This document shows, piece after piece, positions 19,934 through 30,118 of a DNA stretch of 64,000 bases. The translations under genes and the position numbers were made by a program. This DNA is from an uncultured Candidatus Saccharibacteria bacterium (lineage in GTDB: Bacteria > Patescibacteriota > Minisyncoccia > Phycocordibacterales > UBA9973), in the NCBI GenBank assembly GCA_964606285.1, contig CAZSFP010000003.1, positions 20,967-84,966 on the forward strand, in the 5' to 3' direction. Position 1 is the stretch's first letter. Each line of letters opens with the position of its first letter. The notes beneath the pieces are model-generated. The model saw nothing but the letters and a program-made list of their open reading frames with translations, ran no database searches and was not told the origin of the DNA.

Positions 19934-21082
19934 TTAGCCTACGTTGTCATGCAAAGCAGAAAAATGTTCTGAATACCTAAAATCTTCAGTTACTTCCTTG
20001 AGTATCGGTAAAAAATCAGGAGTAATGGTTTCTTCAATCATCGTTCCCTCGCGTTCAAGCTTAAGATAGTTCTTGGTAGTATCATTGTATTCATCGAGTG
20101 TGAATACTTGCTCATTCCAAATAAAGCTTGTGCGTGTTTTTTCAACTTTACGTCTCTCAGTATCTATGCGGAGCAATAACTGATTGTAAGTCTGCAGGTT
20201 TATGAGTTTTTCTGTTTCAATCCTTCGCTGTGGATCTGCAGTTCTTTTCTTTTTTGTATGAAAGAAAAATATTTCACCATTTTCTGTTATTTTCATTCGC
20301 ACCCGCTCTTCATCCCATTGTGGTGATGGACGAAGATACGTTTGAACAATTTTAGCAGTATAAGTTGCAATTTTTTTGTCAGCAAAAACCGTTTTCTGAA
20401 ACTTTACTTTATCAACTATCCATTTCCGTTCATTTTCTATAGGAGAAGGCACCCCAAGTGCTCCAAATACCGCGGTGACTTGTTGACGAATCTTTTTCTC
20501 AAACGATTTTGGGGCCCCGTCAGGTAAACGGTTACCAATAATTCCATAATTCTTTGCTCCGCTGTTTGATTCTTGGAGCCTTTGGTCACGCATGATGGCT
20601 TGTTTTGGTGTTTCTGGTCGATGGATATTATTTTCATTCGTATAAAATTCTGCTGCGCCATTTGCCGCTGTAACCAAGTGTGTTGTCACATCGTACCGGT
20701 TTTCAAGAATTTGATATTTTGAAAGCTTATAAAAAGCCAATAAGTTCTCAAACTCTTTTGGATCATCCACATAAGCAAGCCCATCAAGAAGTCCGCGATC
20801 AAACGTGATAAGTGTTGGTTTATTGGTTCTTTTTGTAAGAAGGGTCGCAGCGTCAGTGTAAAAGTCTTCATGTTTGAGCTGTAAATTCAAAATATTTTTC
20901 TGTAAATCTCTATCACGCTCTATACCAGATGCAAATACCATCGTAGCTGCTTCAGGACAAGCAAGAACATTGAAACCAAGGCTTTGACCATAATCAACGA
21001 TACGAGCCTGACCAGTTGATTTACCAGAGCAAGGACCTCCGCCAGAATTGTGTTTGAAAATCATTTTTTCTCTTGTGTTCAT
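19934..21082 (-). CDS. AAA (NadR/Ttd14-like) P-loop plus CYTH domain protein
   Basis: GGPCSGKST, DRGLLDGLAY, HLVTAANGA..FYT.ENN..R.E; ENERKWIV CYTH motif. Confidence 0.8.
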   Translation of the reverse strand: MNTREKMIFKHNSGGGPCSGKSTGQARIVDYGQSLGFNVLACPEAATMVFASGIERDRDLQKNILNLQLKHEDFYTDAATLLTKRTNKPTLITFDRGLLDGLAYVDDPKEFENLLAFYKLSKYQILENRYDVTTHLVTAANGAAEFYTNENNIHRPETPKQAIMRDQRLQESNSGAKNYGIIGNRLPDGAPKSFEKKIRQQVTAVFGALGVPSPIENERKWIVDKVKFQKTVFADKKIATYTAKIVQTYLRPSPQWDEERVRMKITENGEIFFFHTKKKRTADPQRRIETEKLINLQTYNQLLLRIDTERRKVEKTRTSFIWNEQVFTLDEYNDTTKNYLKLEREGTMIEETITPDFLPILKEVTEDFRYSEHFSALHDNVG

Positions 21083-21215
21083 ATCTTTATTCTTTTTTTA
21101 AATAAGTTATTTCACCCTCACTCTACCTGATATCTGCCCGTGGTGCAAATAAAAAAAACCGCTTGTGGGAAGGCGATTTTTTGTTCATTTTTTTCTGTCT
21201 GAACGAATGAAAAAG

Positions 21216-22367
21216 TTATTCTGTGTCTGTGGTCGCTGTTTGTATCTGACACATAACGGTTTGTTGCTGTTCTACGATAGGAGAGAGAACAGCGAGTAGG
21301 TTGTCTAATTCCATATTATAGTCTGTATCAACTGCATACTTACTATCTTTTCCATCCGGTTGATATTCAATGACCAAAACTTGCAGATCTGATTGATATG
21401 CTTCATACACAGCAAGAGAGTTGATTGATTCTTTTCCGAAATCAAACTGATCGTGTACATGTGGTCCGGTTGCGTCTCCAGTTGATCCACATTTTGCGAT
21501 AGGTTCGCCTGCATGAACGTATTTTCCTTTTTTCACCAAAATTTTTGAAAAATGGAGTGACACGCTCATCAGTCCTGTTTCTTCATTGTAAATTTTTAGA
21601 TAATTTCCTGATGATTCTGAATAAGAACTTGTCACAACAAGACCATCGATCGTACTGCGAACAAGTTTCCCCGAACCCCATGGATAATCGCGTCCCTTAT
21701 GGAACTTTTTTACCTTGTGTATAGGGTGTATTCTCATTCCATATATATCAGTCGTATCAAAACCAGCGTACATCTCTTCTAGTGGTCCTCCAAATGCCGA
21801 AGCAAAGTGTGTGTTTCCTAAATAGATAAGTGTGCGGATTGAATCAATTTTGATAGGCCGATTGAATGATTGCAGTGTACGGACAAGTTCTTTTTTCTTT
21901 CTCTGGTATTCCTGTTTTGCAAATACATTTTCAAAAGACTGTATCTGTTCACACAGAGAATCTGGGATCATTGCATTATTTTCAATACATCTTTTTTCGC
22001 AAGCTTTCAGATGGTGGTATACCATTGAACGCTCTTCATCAATAACATTTTGCAAATAACGAGGAATATTTCCTGTTGGAATATTTGCAACATCTGTTAG
22101 AAAATCCAATGCAAATACAAGTGTGCTTTTGGGATCCTGGTCTTTTTCTGCAAGCAATAGGTTTACTCTATGATAGAGAAACAACGCTTTCCTGTTTATA
22201 GAGTCAGCGTTGGTAGAAGTATTTGCTGTTTTTTCAATGATAACATCAACACTTTTTTCAAGTGTTGTTTTAATGTCCAATTTTTCCTCCGGAGAGAATG
22301 TAAATCCTTTCGCTGCACCTGGCAGGAAAAGACATACGGTAAATAGTACGTAGAGTAACTTTTTCAT
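21216..22367 (-). CDS. M23 family peptidase with signal peptide
   Basis: R.HPI....FHKGRD, GSTGDATGPHVH. Confidence 0.8.
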   Translation of the reverse strand: MKKLLYVLFTVCLFLPGAAKGFTFSPEEKLDIKTTLEKSVDVIIEKTANTSTNADSINRKALFLYHRVNLLLAEKDQDPKSTLVFALDFLTDVANIPTGNIPRYLQNVIDEERSMVYHHLKACEKRCIENNAMIPDSLCEQIQSFENVFAKQEYQRKKKELVRTLQSFNRPIKIDSIRTLIYLGNTHFASAFGGPLEEMYAGFDTTDIYGMRIHPIHKVKKFHKGRDYPWGSGKLVRSTIDGLVVTSSYSESSGNYLKIYNEETGLMSVSLHFSKILVKKGKYVHAGEPIAKCGSTGDATGPHVHDQFDFGKESINSLAVYEAYQSDLQVLVIEYQPDGKDSKYAVDTDYNMELDNLLAVLSPIVEQQQTVMCQIQTATTDTE

Positions 22368-22471
22368 GTTAATGTGCGTTTTAAAATTTCTCAAAAAGTC
22401 TAACACATCAAATATGTTCAGTCAATAGCCTCTATATCGTTATTTTCAAACGCTCGCTGTATACTATATCC

Positions 22472-23110
22472 ATGCATTTCAACGACGAAAAACATTATTT
22501 CGAAACAACTTACCGCACCGGCGCAGACATCTGGTCAGGACACAATCATACGTCATATCTCCACACGCTGACTGACCAGCTCTCCCCGAACGCATTCATC
22601 CTCGACATCGGTGCAGGTCGCGGACATGTCGCCTATCATCTCGGCAAACTTGGTTTCAAGGTTATCGGCCTCGAATACGTTTTTGATATCGTCAAAAAAA
22701 ACAATCTCGAAGTCAAAGATCGGAAACTTGATGGAAAAGTTGGTTTCATCGAAGGCAGTGCCCTCGATATTCCGCTCGCCGACAACAGTTTCGATGCGGT
22801 CACCGATATCGCAACACTCCATCATCTCCCACATTCAGAATGGGAAACATACGCACGCGAAGTATCACGTGTTTTGAAACCGGACGGATATCTGTTTCTC
22901 ATGGAATTGTCCCGCGACAATCTCACGTACAAATCATGGAATCCAAAAGAAAGTAGTACAGGAGATTTTCTGTTTGAAAATATTGTGCCGTATCATTTTT
23001 TTACATTCGATGAAATAACAACTCTTTTTCCAAACTTTACTGTTCTCTCATCTCACACTGACACAACAAGTGATGGCATGTATCTCTCCGTACTCCTCAA
23101 GAAAAAATAA
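22472..23110 (+). CDS. Class I SAM-dependent methyltransferase
   Basis: ILDIGAGRG, PLADNSFDAV, RVLKPDG. Confidence 0.9.
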   Translation: MHFNDEKHYFETTYRTGADIWSGHNHTSYLHTLTDQLSPNAFILDIGAGRGHVAYHLGKLGFKVIGLEYVFDIVKKNNLEVKDRKLDGKVGFIEGSALDIPLADNSFDAVTDIATLHHLPHSEWETYAREVSRVLKPDGYLFLMELSRDNLTYKSWNPKESSTGDFLFENIVPYHFFTFDEITTLFPNFTVLSSHTDTTSDGMYLSVLLKKK

Positions 23111-23193
23111 TCCTACGTCGCTTTTTCAAAGCTCTGTGGGGTTGTCCAATTTTACTGTATTTAAAAAATAATTTTTGCGAAGTGAGATAGAAC

Positions 23194-23442
23194 AAAAAAA
23201 ACTGCCCATAAAGAGCAGTATGAAAACAACTAAAAGAAAATTCTGCACCAGCCCTCCTGCGGAAAACCTAAAAGACCGCAGGAGACTGGGACAGATCGAC
23301 ACATTTCTTCAAACCGAGCTAAACAAATGAAAAAGAGAGAAGAAACGTATCTCTCGTGAAAACTGGTTAACCAGGCCAGTCATACTCCACGAGATTGTCA
23401 CTAACCAAACCTAAAACCCAAATAAGAGTCAGTGACTTCATT
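23194..23442 (-). ncRNA. Candidate ~245-nt sRNA with three hairpins
   Basis: TTGACA-16-TACGAT promoter (23474-23447); terminator 23194-23219; two loops share TTTTAGGTTT; no ORF. Confidence 0.55.
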
Positions 23443-23509
23443 TAAAATCGTAACAAATGAGGAATCTTTGTCAAACTGCATTTTCTTTCACATGCGGTAT
23501 AATCATCTC

Positions 23510-24277
23510 ATGAAAATCATGTCTTGGAACACCAACGGTCTCCGTGCAACGGTCAAACAAGGATTTTGGCAACCATTATTTACCACGTACAATCCAGATA
23601 TTCTCTGTCTCCAAGAAACCAAATGCGAACCCGAGCAACTCCCTGATGATGTTCGCAATCATACTGGATATCATTCTTATTTTTCTCATTCCAAAGGTCG
23701 CAAGGGCTACAGTGGCGTGGCGATCTATACAAAGATCAAACCGATCGCAGTCACTGGTCTCAATATTCCCGAGTTTGATGATGAAGGTCGTATCCTCGTT
23801 CTCGAATACGCAGATTTTTTTCTCATCAATTGTTATTTTCCAAACGGTGGCGGTGGGCCTGTGCGACTCGATTACAAGCTTCGATTTTATGATGCATTTC
23901 TCTCTCATATCAAAACACTTGATCAACAAAAACCAGTTATTTTTTGTGGTGACGTCAACACCGCTCACGAAGCGATCGATCTCGCCCGACCGGAAGCCAA
24001 CGAAGAGAACACTGGGTTTCTCCCGATCGAACGCGCTTGGATCGATGAGGTCATCGCGAACGGGTTTGTCGATACGTTTCGCCGACTCCACCCAGACGCA
24101 CGCAATGTCTACACCTACTGGGATATGAAAACTGCCGCACGCGAACGCAATGTCGGCTGGCGCATCGATTATTTTTTCGTTTCAGAGCGCCTGATATCCC
24201 AGATAAAAAAGTTTGAAACACTCACAATGCAGTATGGTTCTGATCATTGCCCCATCATGATCGATCTTGCAAAATAA
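23510..24277 (+). CDS. xth: Exodeoxyribonuclease III
   Basis: SWNTNGLRA, LCLQETK, GYSGVA, CGDVN.AH, GWRIDY, GSDHCP. Confidence 0.95.
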   Translation: MKIMSWNTNGLRATVKQGFWQPLFTTYNPDILCLQETKCEPEQLPDDVRNHTGYHSYFSHSKGRKGYSGVAIYTKIKPIAVTGLNIPEFDDEGRILVLEYADFFLINCYFPNGGGGPVRLDYKLRFYDAFLSHIKTLDQQKPVIFCGDVNTAHEAIDLARPEANEENTGFLPIERAWIDEVIANGFVDTFRRLHPDARNVYTYWDMKTAARERNVGWRIDYFFVSERLISQIKKFETLTMQYGSDHCPIMIDLAK

Positions 24278-24426
24278 AGATAAGTATGGAATACTGGCGG
24301 CTAAATGTTTTTTAATTATATATGTTTCTATGGAAAAGTTTAAAACCAAAAAACGGTACGTGGTTGCTGGAGTATTCGCCATCTGTATCATCTCTTTATT
24401 TATGATTCCGTCAGATACGGTATCGA

Positions 24427-24996
24427 TTGGAAAGAAAATTGTTAAAGCCGCAATGCGCTTGCGGACCCCTCTCAGAACATGAGAGGGTTTTGCTTTTTAG
24501 GGTCATGAATGGTACGCTCAAGAAAAACACACGTTCAATGAAAACCAAAGAATATCAAGACCTGGAGAAGAAACTCTCCTCGCATATCACACAAAAATTT
24601 TCCGATATTATCAATCACAAACAGTCGATATACTGGTCATGCTTTATAATGACAGCAATACTCACTGTCATATTGATACTGTATGTAATGTTTTCCTTTG
24701 AACACATAATTCAGAACAGAATGCACATGATCATGATAATCAGCGCCTTTGTTGGTTTTGTTATTATCATGGGATTTTCACTTTCTGGTCTCGACACGCC
24801 CCCTGAAAAATTTATTCAAAAACATCTAGAAGAAACCCGAGACATCGCCCAGGCAACTGGATCAAAAGACATGCTAACATTATGCAACAAAGCGCTTCAG
24901 TCATTGACCGAAGCACAGAAAACACGAATTGCATCAGATGCAGACACTATCATGTGGAATATGGATCGCTCTATTTCTGATTTTGCACTACATTGA
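24427..24996 (+). CDS. Hypothetical membrane protein (start uncertain; overlaps a small TM ORF at 24330-24482)
   Basis: Two TM segments. Confidence 0.5.
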   Translation: MERKLLKPQCACGPLSEHERVLLFRVMNGTLKKNTRSMKTKEYQDLEKKLSSHITQKFSDIINHKQSIYWSCFIMTAILTVILILYVMFSFEHIIQNRMHMIMIISAFVGFVIIMGFSLSGLDTPPEKFIQKHLEETRDIAQATGSKDMLTLCNKALQSLTEAQKTRIASDADTIMWNMDRSISDFALH

Positions 24997-25044
24997 AAAA
25001 AGTGATTAAAAAAAATCCCCGACATTTCGGGGATTTTTGTTTTG

Positions 25045-25491
25045 TTAGTGACGACAGAGAAAATCTCGGTCATTTCTACAATCGCGCATATAGCCGGCTT
25101 TACTTCTTTTTGCAAAAGAATTTTCTTTGTATAAATATCGGTAATATTTCTTTCCAGAAAAAATATAGAAGAATGCACCGTGTTCATAAATCTCAATATC
25201 GTTACTTGAAAATGATTTTATGGCAGGGCTGATTCTCGTCCACAAACCATCTTCGATATCACCGCGCAATCCATACAAATGATCTTCACAGTCACCGGGA
25301 CACTTGATGAGCGCGATTTGTGAATACTTTGTACTTCCCCTTGTTTCAAAACGAAACATTTCATAAGTACTGTTTGCCGTTTCTTCGCATGGACAAACGC
25401 GAAGCTGTTCAGGAAATGGGCCGAGATGTGATTGTCCGAAAGAAGTAAAAGAAAGAGAGAAAAGAGCAGTGAGTGTCAGAATGGTTTTCAT
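25045..25491 (-). CDS. Secreted hypothetical protein
   Basis: Signal peptide MKTILTLTALFSLSFTSFG-Q; Cys pairs. Confidence 0.65.
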   Translation of the reverse strand: MKTILTLTALFSLSFTSFGQSHLGPFPEQLRVCPCEETANSTYEMFRFETRGSTKYSQIALIKCPGDCEDHLYGLRGDIEDGLWTRISPAIKSFSSNDIEIYEHGAFFYIFSGKKYYRYLYKENSFAKRSKAGYMRDCRNDRDFLCRH

Positions 25492-25594
25492 ACGATTATT
25501 TTTTTCTTTTGACTATACCACTATTTTCGAAAAAGGAAAGCCGAGTATTGACCGCACACGGTGAAACTCGCATACTCCGAGAAAACAGAAAACC

Positions 25595-25894
25595 ATGAAA
25601 CGATTCTTCTTTGTACTTATGAAACAAATCCTCACTGTCATATACAAGAAATATCACAAAATAAAATCTGGCGATAATGGCATTGCATATACGAAACTCA
25701 TTCTGGGAAAAGAGAAAGATGTGCATGGACAACCAATCTTTGTTGCTGGTGAAACAGGAATTACCTACCGTACTGAACCTCATGTAAAAAGAGCAGAAAA
25801 GAGATTAAGGCGGTTTCACGAATTCTTGAATAACAGACGGAGACTGCCTCCCCGCAATCATCCATGGTGGTTTGAGAAATTTAGCACAAAATAA
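25595..25894 (+). CDS. Hypothetical protein
   Basis: 99-aa ORF followed by a terminator-like hairpin. Confidence 0.5.
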   Translation: MKRFFFVLMKQILTVIYKKYHKIKSGDNGIAYTKLILGKEKDVHGQPIFVAGETGITYRTEPHVKRAEKRLRRFHEFLNNRRRLPPRNHPWWFEKFSTK

Positions 25895-25965
25895 CAACAT
25901 TCAACTCCTTAACAAAATCCCGCCAAAAACGGGATTTTTTACTTGTATTTTGCATCACTGGTGCA

Positions 25966-26259
25966 TTGGTATTAACTGTTGCAGCAAATGTGGGGTTCAA
26001 AAAACTCCACAAAGAACAAAGAAAGTATCAACTAAAAGGAATTGTTTTATCAATTCCTTCACGTCATGAAATGACAACAAAAGAACTGAGGGATGATGAC
26101 CTTCTTTTTGACGGAGACACACTTGTTCGCGTGCAAACAATCGGAAGGGACACCGTAATCACTGCCGTGAATATAGTCGGAACACCTGTTCCTTCGGTTG
26201 GAGACAGTATCCTCATTTCAAATTTTTGGAACGGAGATGAATATCTTGTTCTGAAATAA
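25966..26259 (+). CDS. Hypothetical protein (start uncertain)
   Basis: 97-aa ORF followed by a terminator. Confidence 0.45.
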   Translation: MVLTVAANVGFKKLHKEQRKYQLKGIVLSIPSRHEMTTKELRDDDLLFDGDTLVRVQTIGRDTVITAVNIVGTPVPSVGDSILISNFWNGDEYLVLK

Positions 26260-26378
26260 ACAGAAATTTTCTACAAAAAAAACCGGACGTATATGCCGGT
26301 TTTTTTTATTTGAAAATTGTTTTTTGAGGGCACTTGTGATAATGTTGTGAACGAGAAATGTTTTATGTATAAATAAAT

Positions 26379-26510
26379 ATGAGTAAGTTAATTTTAAAAG
26401 AATTCAAAAGTGAAGTTCGCAGCAACAAATGGTACAGACTGATTGTTATCCTCGGTATGGTAATATCCACCCTCATGGCACTGTTTGCCATAGCGATACA
26501 ACAGTATTGA
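26379..26510 (+). CDS. 43-aa small membrane protein
   Basis: MSKLILKEFKSEVRSNKWYRLIVILGMVISTLMALFAIAIQQY*, followed by a terminator; below the ORF-track cutoff. Confidence 0.55.
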   Translation: MSKLILKEFKSEVRSNKWYRLIVILGMVISTLMALFAIAIQQY

Positions 26511-26606
26511 AAAAACTTGAAAAACCGGACATCGTGCCGGTTTTTTTATTTTTGCTATTTATCATCTCTATGCTACAGTTATGAAAATCTAAAAATTAAC
26601 ATACCT

Positions 26607-27182
26607 ATGTTTAACAATGCTCTTTTTTATTGGATATATTTCCAAGCGATCACCTGGCACAAGAAGCGCCTCAGCACCTTGCACAATGGCATATCTATCG
26701 ATTCTCTATTCTTCAATGTTCACAACCAGCTCACACCCTTCAGTCTCATGACCCTTCCCTATTTTGTTTGCAGTGCAACAAAAGACTGCAAAGGATTCAA
26801 TATGTTTGGCAAATGGAACCTCGTTTCGATAGACAAGATGAGGATAACCGTACCTGAAGGCTTTGATTCTTTTATATATTCTCAATACAACAAAAAAGAA
26901 AAAATTGGATTAAAGAACATTCATGATCTTGAATTACCAACAATTCCTGATGCGGTGATATTGGAAGAAGGTTTATCATTTGTTCGTAGTAGCGCACCCG
27001 CGCTCCTAGAGACGTCTCCTGTTGGCCTAGTGGGTCTCATGTATAGATGTTCTGCGATAAGTGTTATTGTCATGCTTTCTGATAAAAATAAATTTTCTGA
27101 TGATTTTCTGACAAGCATGCTGTGCAAAAAAGATGCCCGACATGTCTATGCAAGAAATATAGACAACAGAATTTTTTCTTAA
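26607..27182 (+). CDS. Paralog family member 1 (possibly Panacea/SocA-like)
   Basis: LFYW..Q.I.W, SID..FFN.HN.LT, LPY, KGF..FGKW. Confidence 0.65.
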   Translation: MFNNALFYWIYFQAITWHKKRLSTLHNGISIDSLFFNVHNQLTPFSLMTLPYFVCSATKDCKGFNMFGKWNLVSIDKMRITVPEGFDSFIYSQYNKKEKIGLKNIHDLELPTIPDAVILEEGLSFVRSSAPALLETSPVGLVGLMYRCSAISVIVMLSDKNKFSDDFLTSMLCKKDARHVYARNIDNRIFS

Positions 27183-27286
27183 ACCATATACAAGCTCAAA
27201 AACCGGACACGTGACCGGTTTTTTTATTTGGTTGATTTTTATAATAGATAGGTATATGGTTAAAGAAAATCGAACATTTACATCGT

Positions 27287-27991
27287 ATGAAAAACACTCT
27301 ATTTGAATGGGTATTTGCCCAGATCATCCTCTGGCAGATTGAGCATCTCAAATCATCGCATAAAAAAGAATCTATTGATCTCAATTTTTTTAATGAACAC
27401 AACACACTGACACCGATTAAACTCGCAATACTACCCTATATGATTGCAAGTTCAACAGAAAAAAGAAAAGGTTTCGGGTGTTTTGGAAAATGGAAAGGGG
27501 TAGAAATTACTGGCACAATTACTGTTGTTCCAGAGGGGTGGGATGTTTTTGTTTCCAGTCTCTACAATGGTAACTTTGGCAAATATGAAGTAGAAAAAAT
27601 AGAATATTCAGATTGGGATATTGAATATATTCCAAGAACAGGATATGTTACTGTTCCTAGAACTGGAACAATCAAGAGGAGAAAGGATGGTAAAAATCTT
27701 CGACTTTCAACTCTGGATATTCCTGTTCCCGAAACTACACCGGATATGGATATATTATTAGACGGAATACAATCTTTCCGTTCGTTTAATACTGATAGAG
27801 CACTTGAGGCTAGGGACGGAGAAGTTTTGAGAGTAGTGAGGCATACATCTCCTGTACAAGTTCTTCTTATCCTCTGGGATAAATTCTGTAAAGAAAATCC
27901 ACTATCACCAGGAAGTGATTTTCTCTGTGAAGCATTTCAAACATGCAAACATCAATTTGCAAAAGATGTTGAAGATAGAATTCTTTGTTAA
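27287..27991 (+). CDS. Paralog family member 2 (possibly Panacea/SocA-like)
   Basis: Shares motifs with its neighbours. Confidence 0.7.
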   Translation: MKNTLFEWVFAQIILWQIEHLKSSHKKESIDLNFFNEHNTLTPIKLAILPYMIASSTEKRKGFGCFGKWKGVEITGTITVVPEGWDVFVSSLYNGNFGKYEVEKIEYSDWDIEYIPRTGYVTVPRTGTIKRRKDGKNLRLSTLDIPVPETTPDMDILLDGIQSFRSFNTDRALEARDGEVLRVVRHTSPVQVLLILWDKFCKENPLSPGSDFLCEAFQTCKHQFAKDVEDRILC

Positions 27992-28094
27992 TGCAAAAAA
28001 AATCGGCCATATGCTGGTTTTTTTATTTGGTTGATTTTTATCAGGAATAGTATAAGGTGGAGAAAAATCACAGAACATTTCTAAAAGAAAAAAC

Positions 28095-28709
28095 ATGACA
28101 AAAGAGAAAAAAGACTTATTTGACTGGACACTCGCACTCATCATCGCATGGCAAATAGAATGTCTCAAAAAAGAACACAAGAAAGAAAGTATTGATCTGG
28201 AATTCTTCAACACACACAACACGCTTTCTTTGACAACACTGCTGACCTTCCCCTATTTCCTCGCAAGTGCAACTCTGGAACACAAAGGATTTCACTGGTA
28301 CGGAACATGGGTTGTTATTCGATACAACCATACAAATATTCTGGTGCCGGCTGGATATCAACAATACGTTGTAAAATTGTATGCAAATTCTTCAGATGAA
28401 AAACTCCAACTGGAACATATCAATCATTCGTATGAAGACAAGATTCCTGAATATGATGGATACGCGCTTCACGAACAGAGTTCATACATGCAAATCCTTC
28501 TTGATGGATTGAAATGTATCAAATTTTACACATCAAATAAATTCTTGGAATTCACAGACGAAAAATATGTGGCACTCATGCACAAGAATTCTGCTGTTAA
28601 TTTAACATTAATATATTACCCAAAACCGAAACATCCAGAAGATATATTGAAAAAACTTTTTGATAAAAATACCCGACATGTCTATTCCAAGGAACATGCA
28701 CATATATAG
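28095..28709 (+). CDS. Paralog family member 3 (possibly Panacea/SocA-like)
   Basis: Shares motifs with its neighbours. Confidence 0.7.
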   Translation: MTKEKKDLFDWTLALIIAWQIECLKKEHKKESIDLEFFNTHNTLSLTTLLTFPYFLASATLEHKGFHWYGTWVVIRYNHTNILVPAGYQQYVVKLYANSSDEKLQLEHINHSYEDKIPEYDGYALHEQSSYMQILLDGLKCIKFYTSNKFLEFTDEKYVALMHKNSAVNLTLIYYPKPKHPEDILKKLFDKNTRHVYSKEHAHI

Positions 28710-28807
28710 ATTAGAAAAAATAAAAATGACTTACAATTGTAAGTCATTTTTTGTTCGATTTTTATTAAAATAACACCTCGTGCTACAATCAAGAAAAACT
28801 CTTTACC

Positions 28808-29263
28808 ATGACAGAACCTATCCTTATTTTGATCGCCAGGCTTTTAGAAAAATGCCCTATCAATGCAAATACATACAAAGAATACGAAGGACTAATTACG
28901 TTATTTAGTCCACTGGACTCAGAAAGAATTTGCTTTCTTTTACGAAAAGAAGATGAAAATCCAAATGAAAAAAGAACAGCTCGTCTGTCGACCCTTCATC
29001 TAAGAGAAACAACGTGCGGCATCTTGGTTCATGGAGAAAAAACAGGGAGGATGAGTGCTACTCTAAATGAAAAAAACTTCAGTAAAGTTATTCTTTATTT
29101 CAAAGACAGAAACTCATTTGATGAAGTATTTCAAGGAGAAAGCAATGATCACAAAAAACAACTATTAGAAAAAAGTGTTCTTTTGGTTCTCTGGAGGCCA
29201 TCAGATGTATACACTATTGAATCCGGTCCGGCAAAAGATGACTTTCTGAAAGCAATTGCATAA
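28808..29263 (+). CDS. Hypothetical protein
   Basis: 151-aa ORF between terminators. Confidence 0.6.
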   Translation: MTEPILILIARLLEKCPINANTYKEYEGLITLFSPLDSERICFLLRKEDENPNEKRTARLSTLHLRETTCGILVHGEKTGRMSATLNEKNFSKVILYFKDRNSFDEVFQGESNDHKKQLLEKSVLLVLWRPSDVYTIESGPAKDDFLKAIA

Positions 29264-29369
29264 ATTAAAATTTGAAACAAAAATCCCCAAACATGCGGGG
29301 ATTTTTTATTTATTGACTTTTATTATTAGTCATGATATATTTTGCAAAACTTAAAAATCAAACAGTGCT

Positions 29370-30056
29370 ATGAAAAAAATCATTTTCACCTTATTTATAC
29401 TGGCTTTTGCCTGTATTGCCGCATTTTCCCAATCAAAATTTTCTGAGAAAAAAGTAAAAGACAAAATTGAAAGCATCAAAAAACAAAAACAAGACGATGC
29501 CGAAAGTATGGGTGCTTCCAATCTGGTTGATGTAACCATAGATGCTTATGTGATTCACACAGAAGAATTGACCCGCGTAGGAAATATTTATACTTCCATG
29601 TTGTCATGGAAACGCCAATCTGAAGAACACTACAAGAGTATTCTCACAGGAACAGCGACTCCAACCACGACAAGAACAATGCCCGAGGAATGGGACGGAC
29701 AACAAGAATACCAAAAAGACAAGGAGTATGTATTTGACGGCAGTGGAACAAATCCTTCGTTTTTGTTGGTAATTTCTCCTTTGGGAGAATTGCTTTCATG
29801 GACAATAAAATCAACCATGGTAACCATCAAAAATGATATGGTGTTTGTTCGCAAAGACATGGTTGTTGTCTATGAAAATTCCCTCGGTGAAATAAACGGG
29901 GATTTCATTCCAATGGTATCGCTTGAGGATTTTCCGAAATATATATACAAATACAAACAGACAGGATTCCTCTATGTTGCAAGCCAATGGAAATATAGAG
30001 AAGGGACCATGACTGACTACCGCGAAACCGATCATTACAGTCCTGTAGATTTATAA
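29370..30056 (+). CDS. Secreted hypothetical protein
   Basis: Signal MKKIIFTLFILAFACIAAFS-Q. Confidence 0.7.
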   Translation: MKKIIFTLFILAFACIAAFSQSKFSEKKVKDKIESIKKQKQDDAESMGASNLVDVTIDAYVIHTEELTRVGNIYTSMLSWKRQSEEHYKSILTGTATPTTTRTMPEEWDGQQEYQKDKEYVFDGSGTNPSFLLVISPLGELLSWTIKSTMVTIKNDMVFVRKDMVVVYENSLGEINGDFIPMVSLEDFPKYIYKYKQTGFLYVASQWKYREGTMTDYRETDHYSPVDL

Positions 30057-30118
30057 CAAAAAAAAAGAATAGAGAGAACAAAAAAACCATTTCTAAGCAG
30101 AATGGTTTTTTTATTTTA

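Noticed and set aside
24330-24996. Programmed frameshift joining two overlapping ORFs
   Set aside because: No clear slippery site or homology evidence; cannot be distinguished from two genes or decay
26607-28709. Diversity-generating retroelement
   Set aside because: No reverse transcriptase and no TR/VR pair differing only at adenines was seen
24300-30100. CRISPR array or integron
   Set aside because: The repeats are degenerate terminator hairpins separated by whole genes; no cas or intI gene and no clear attC structure
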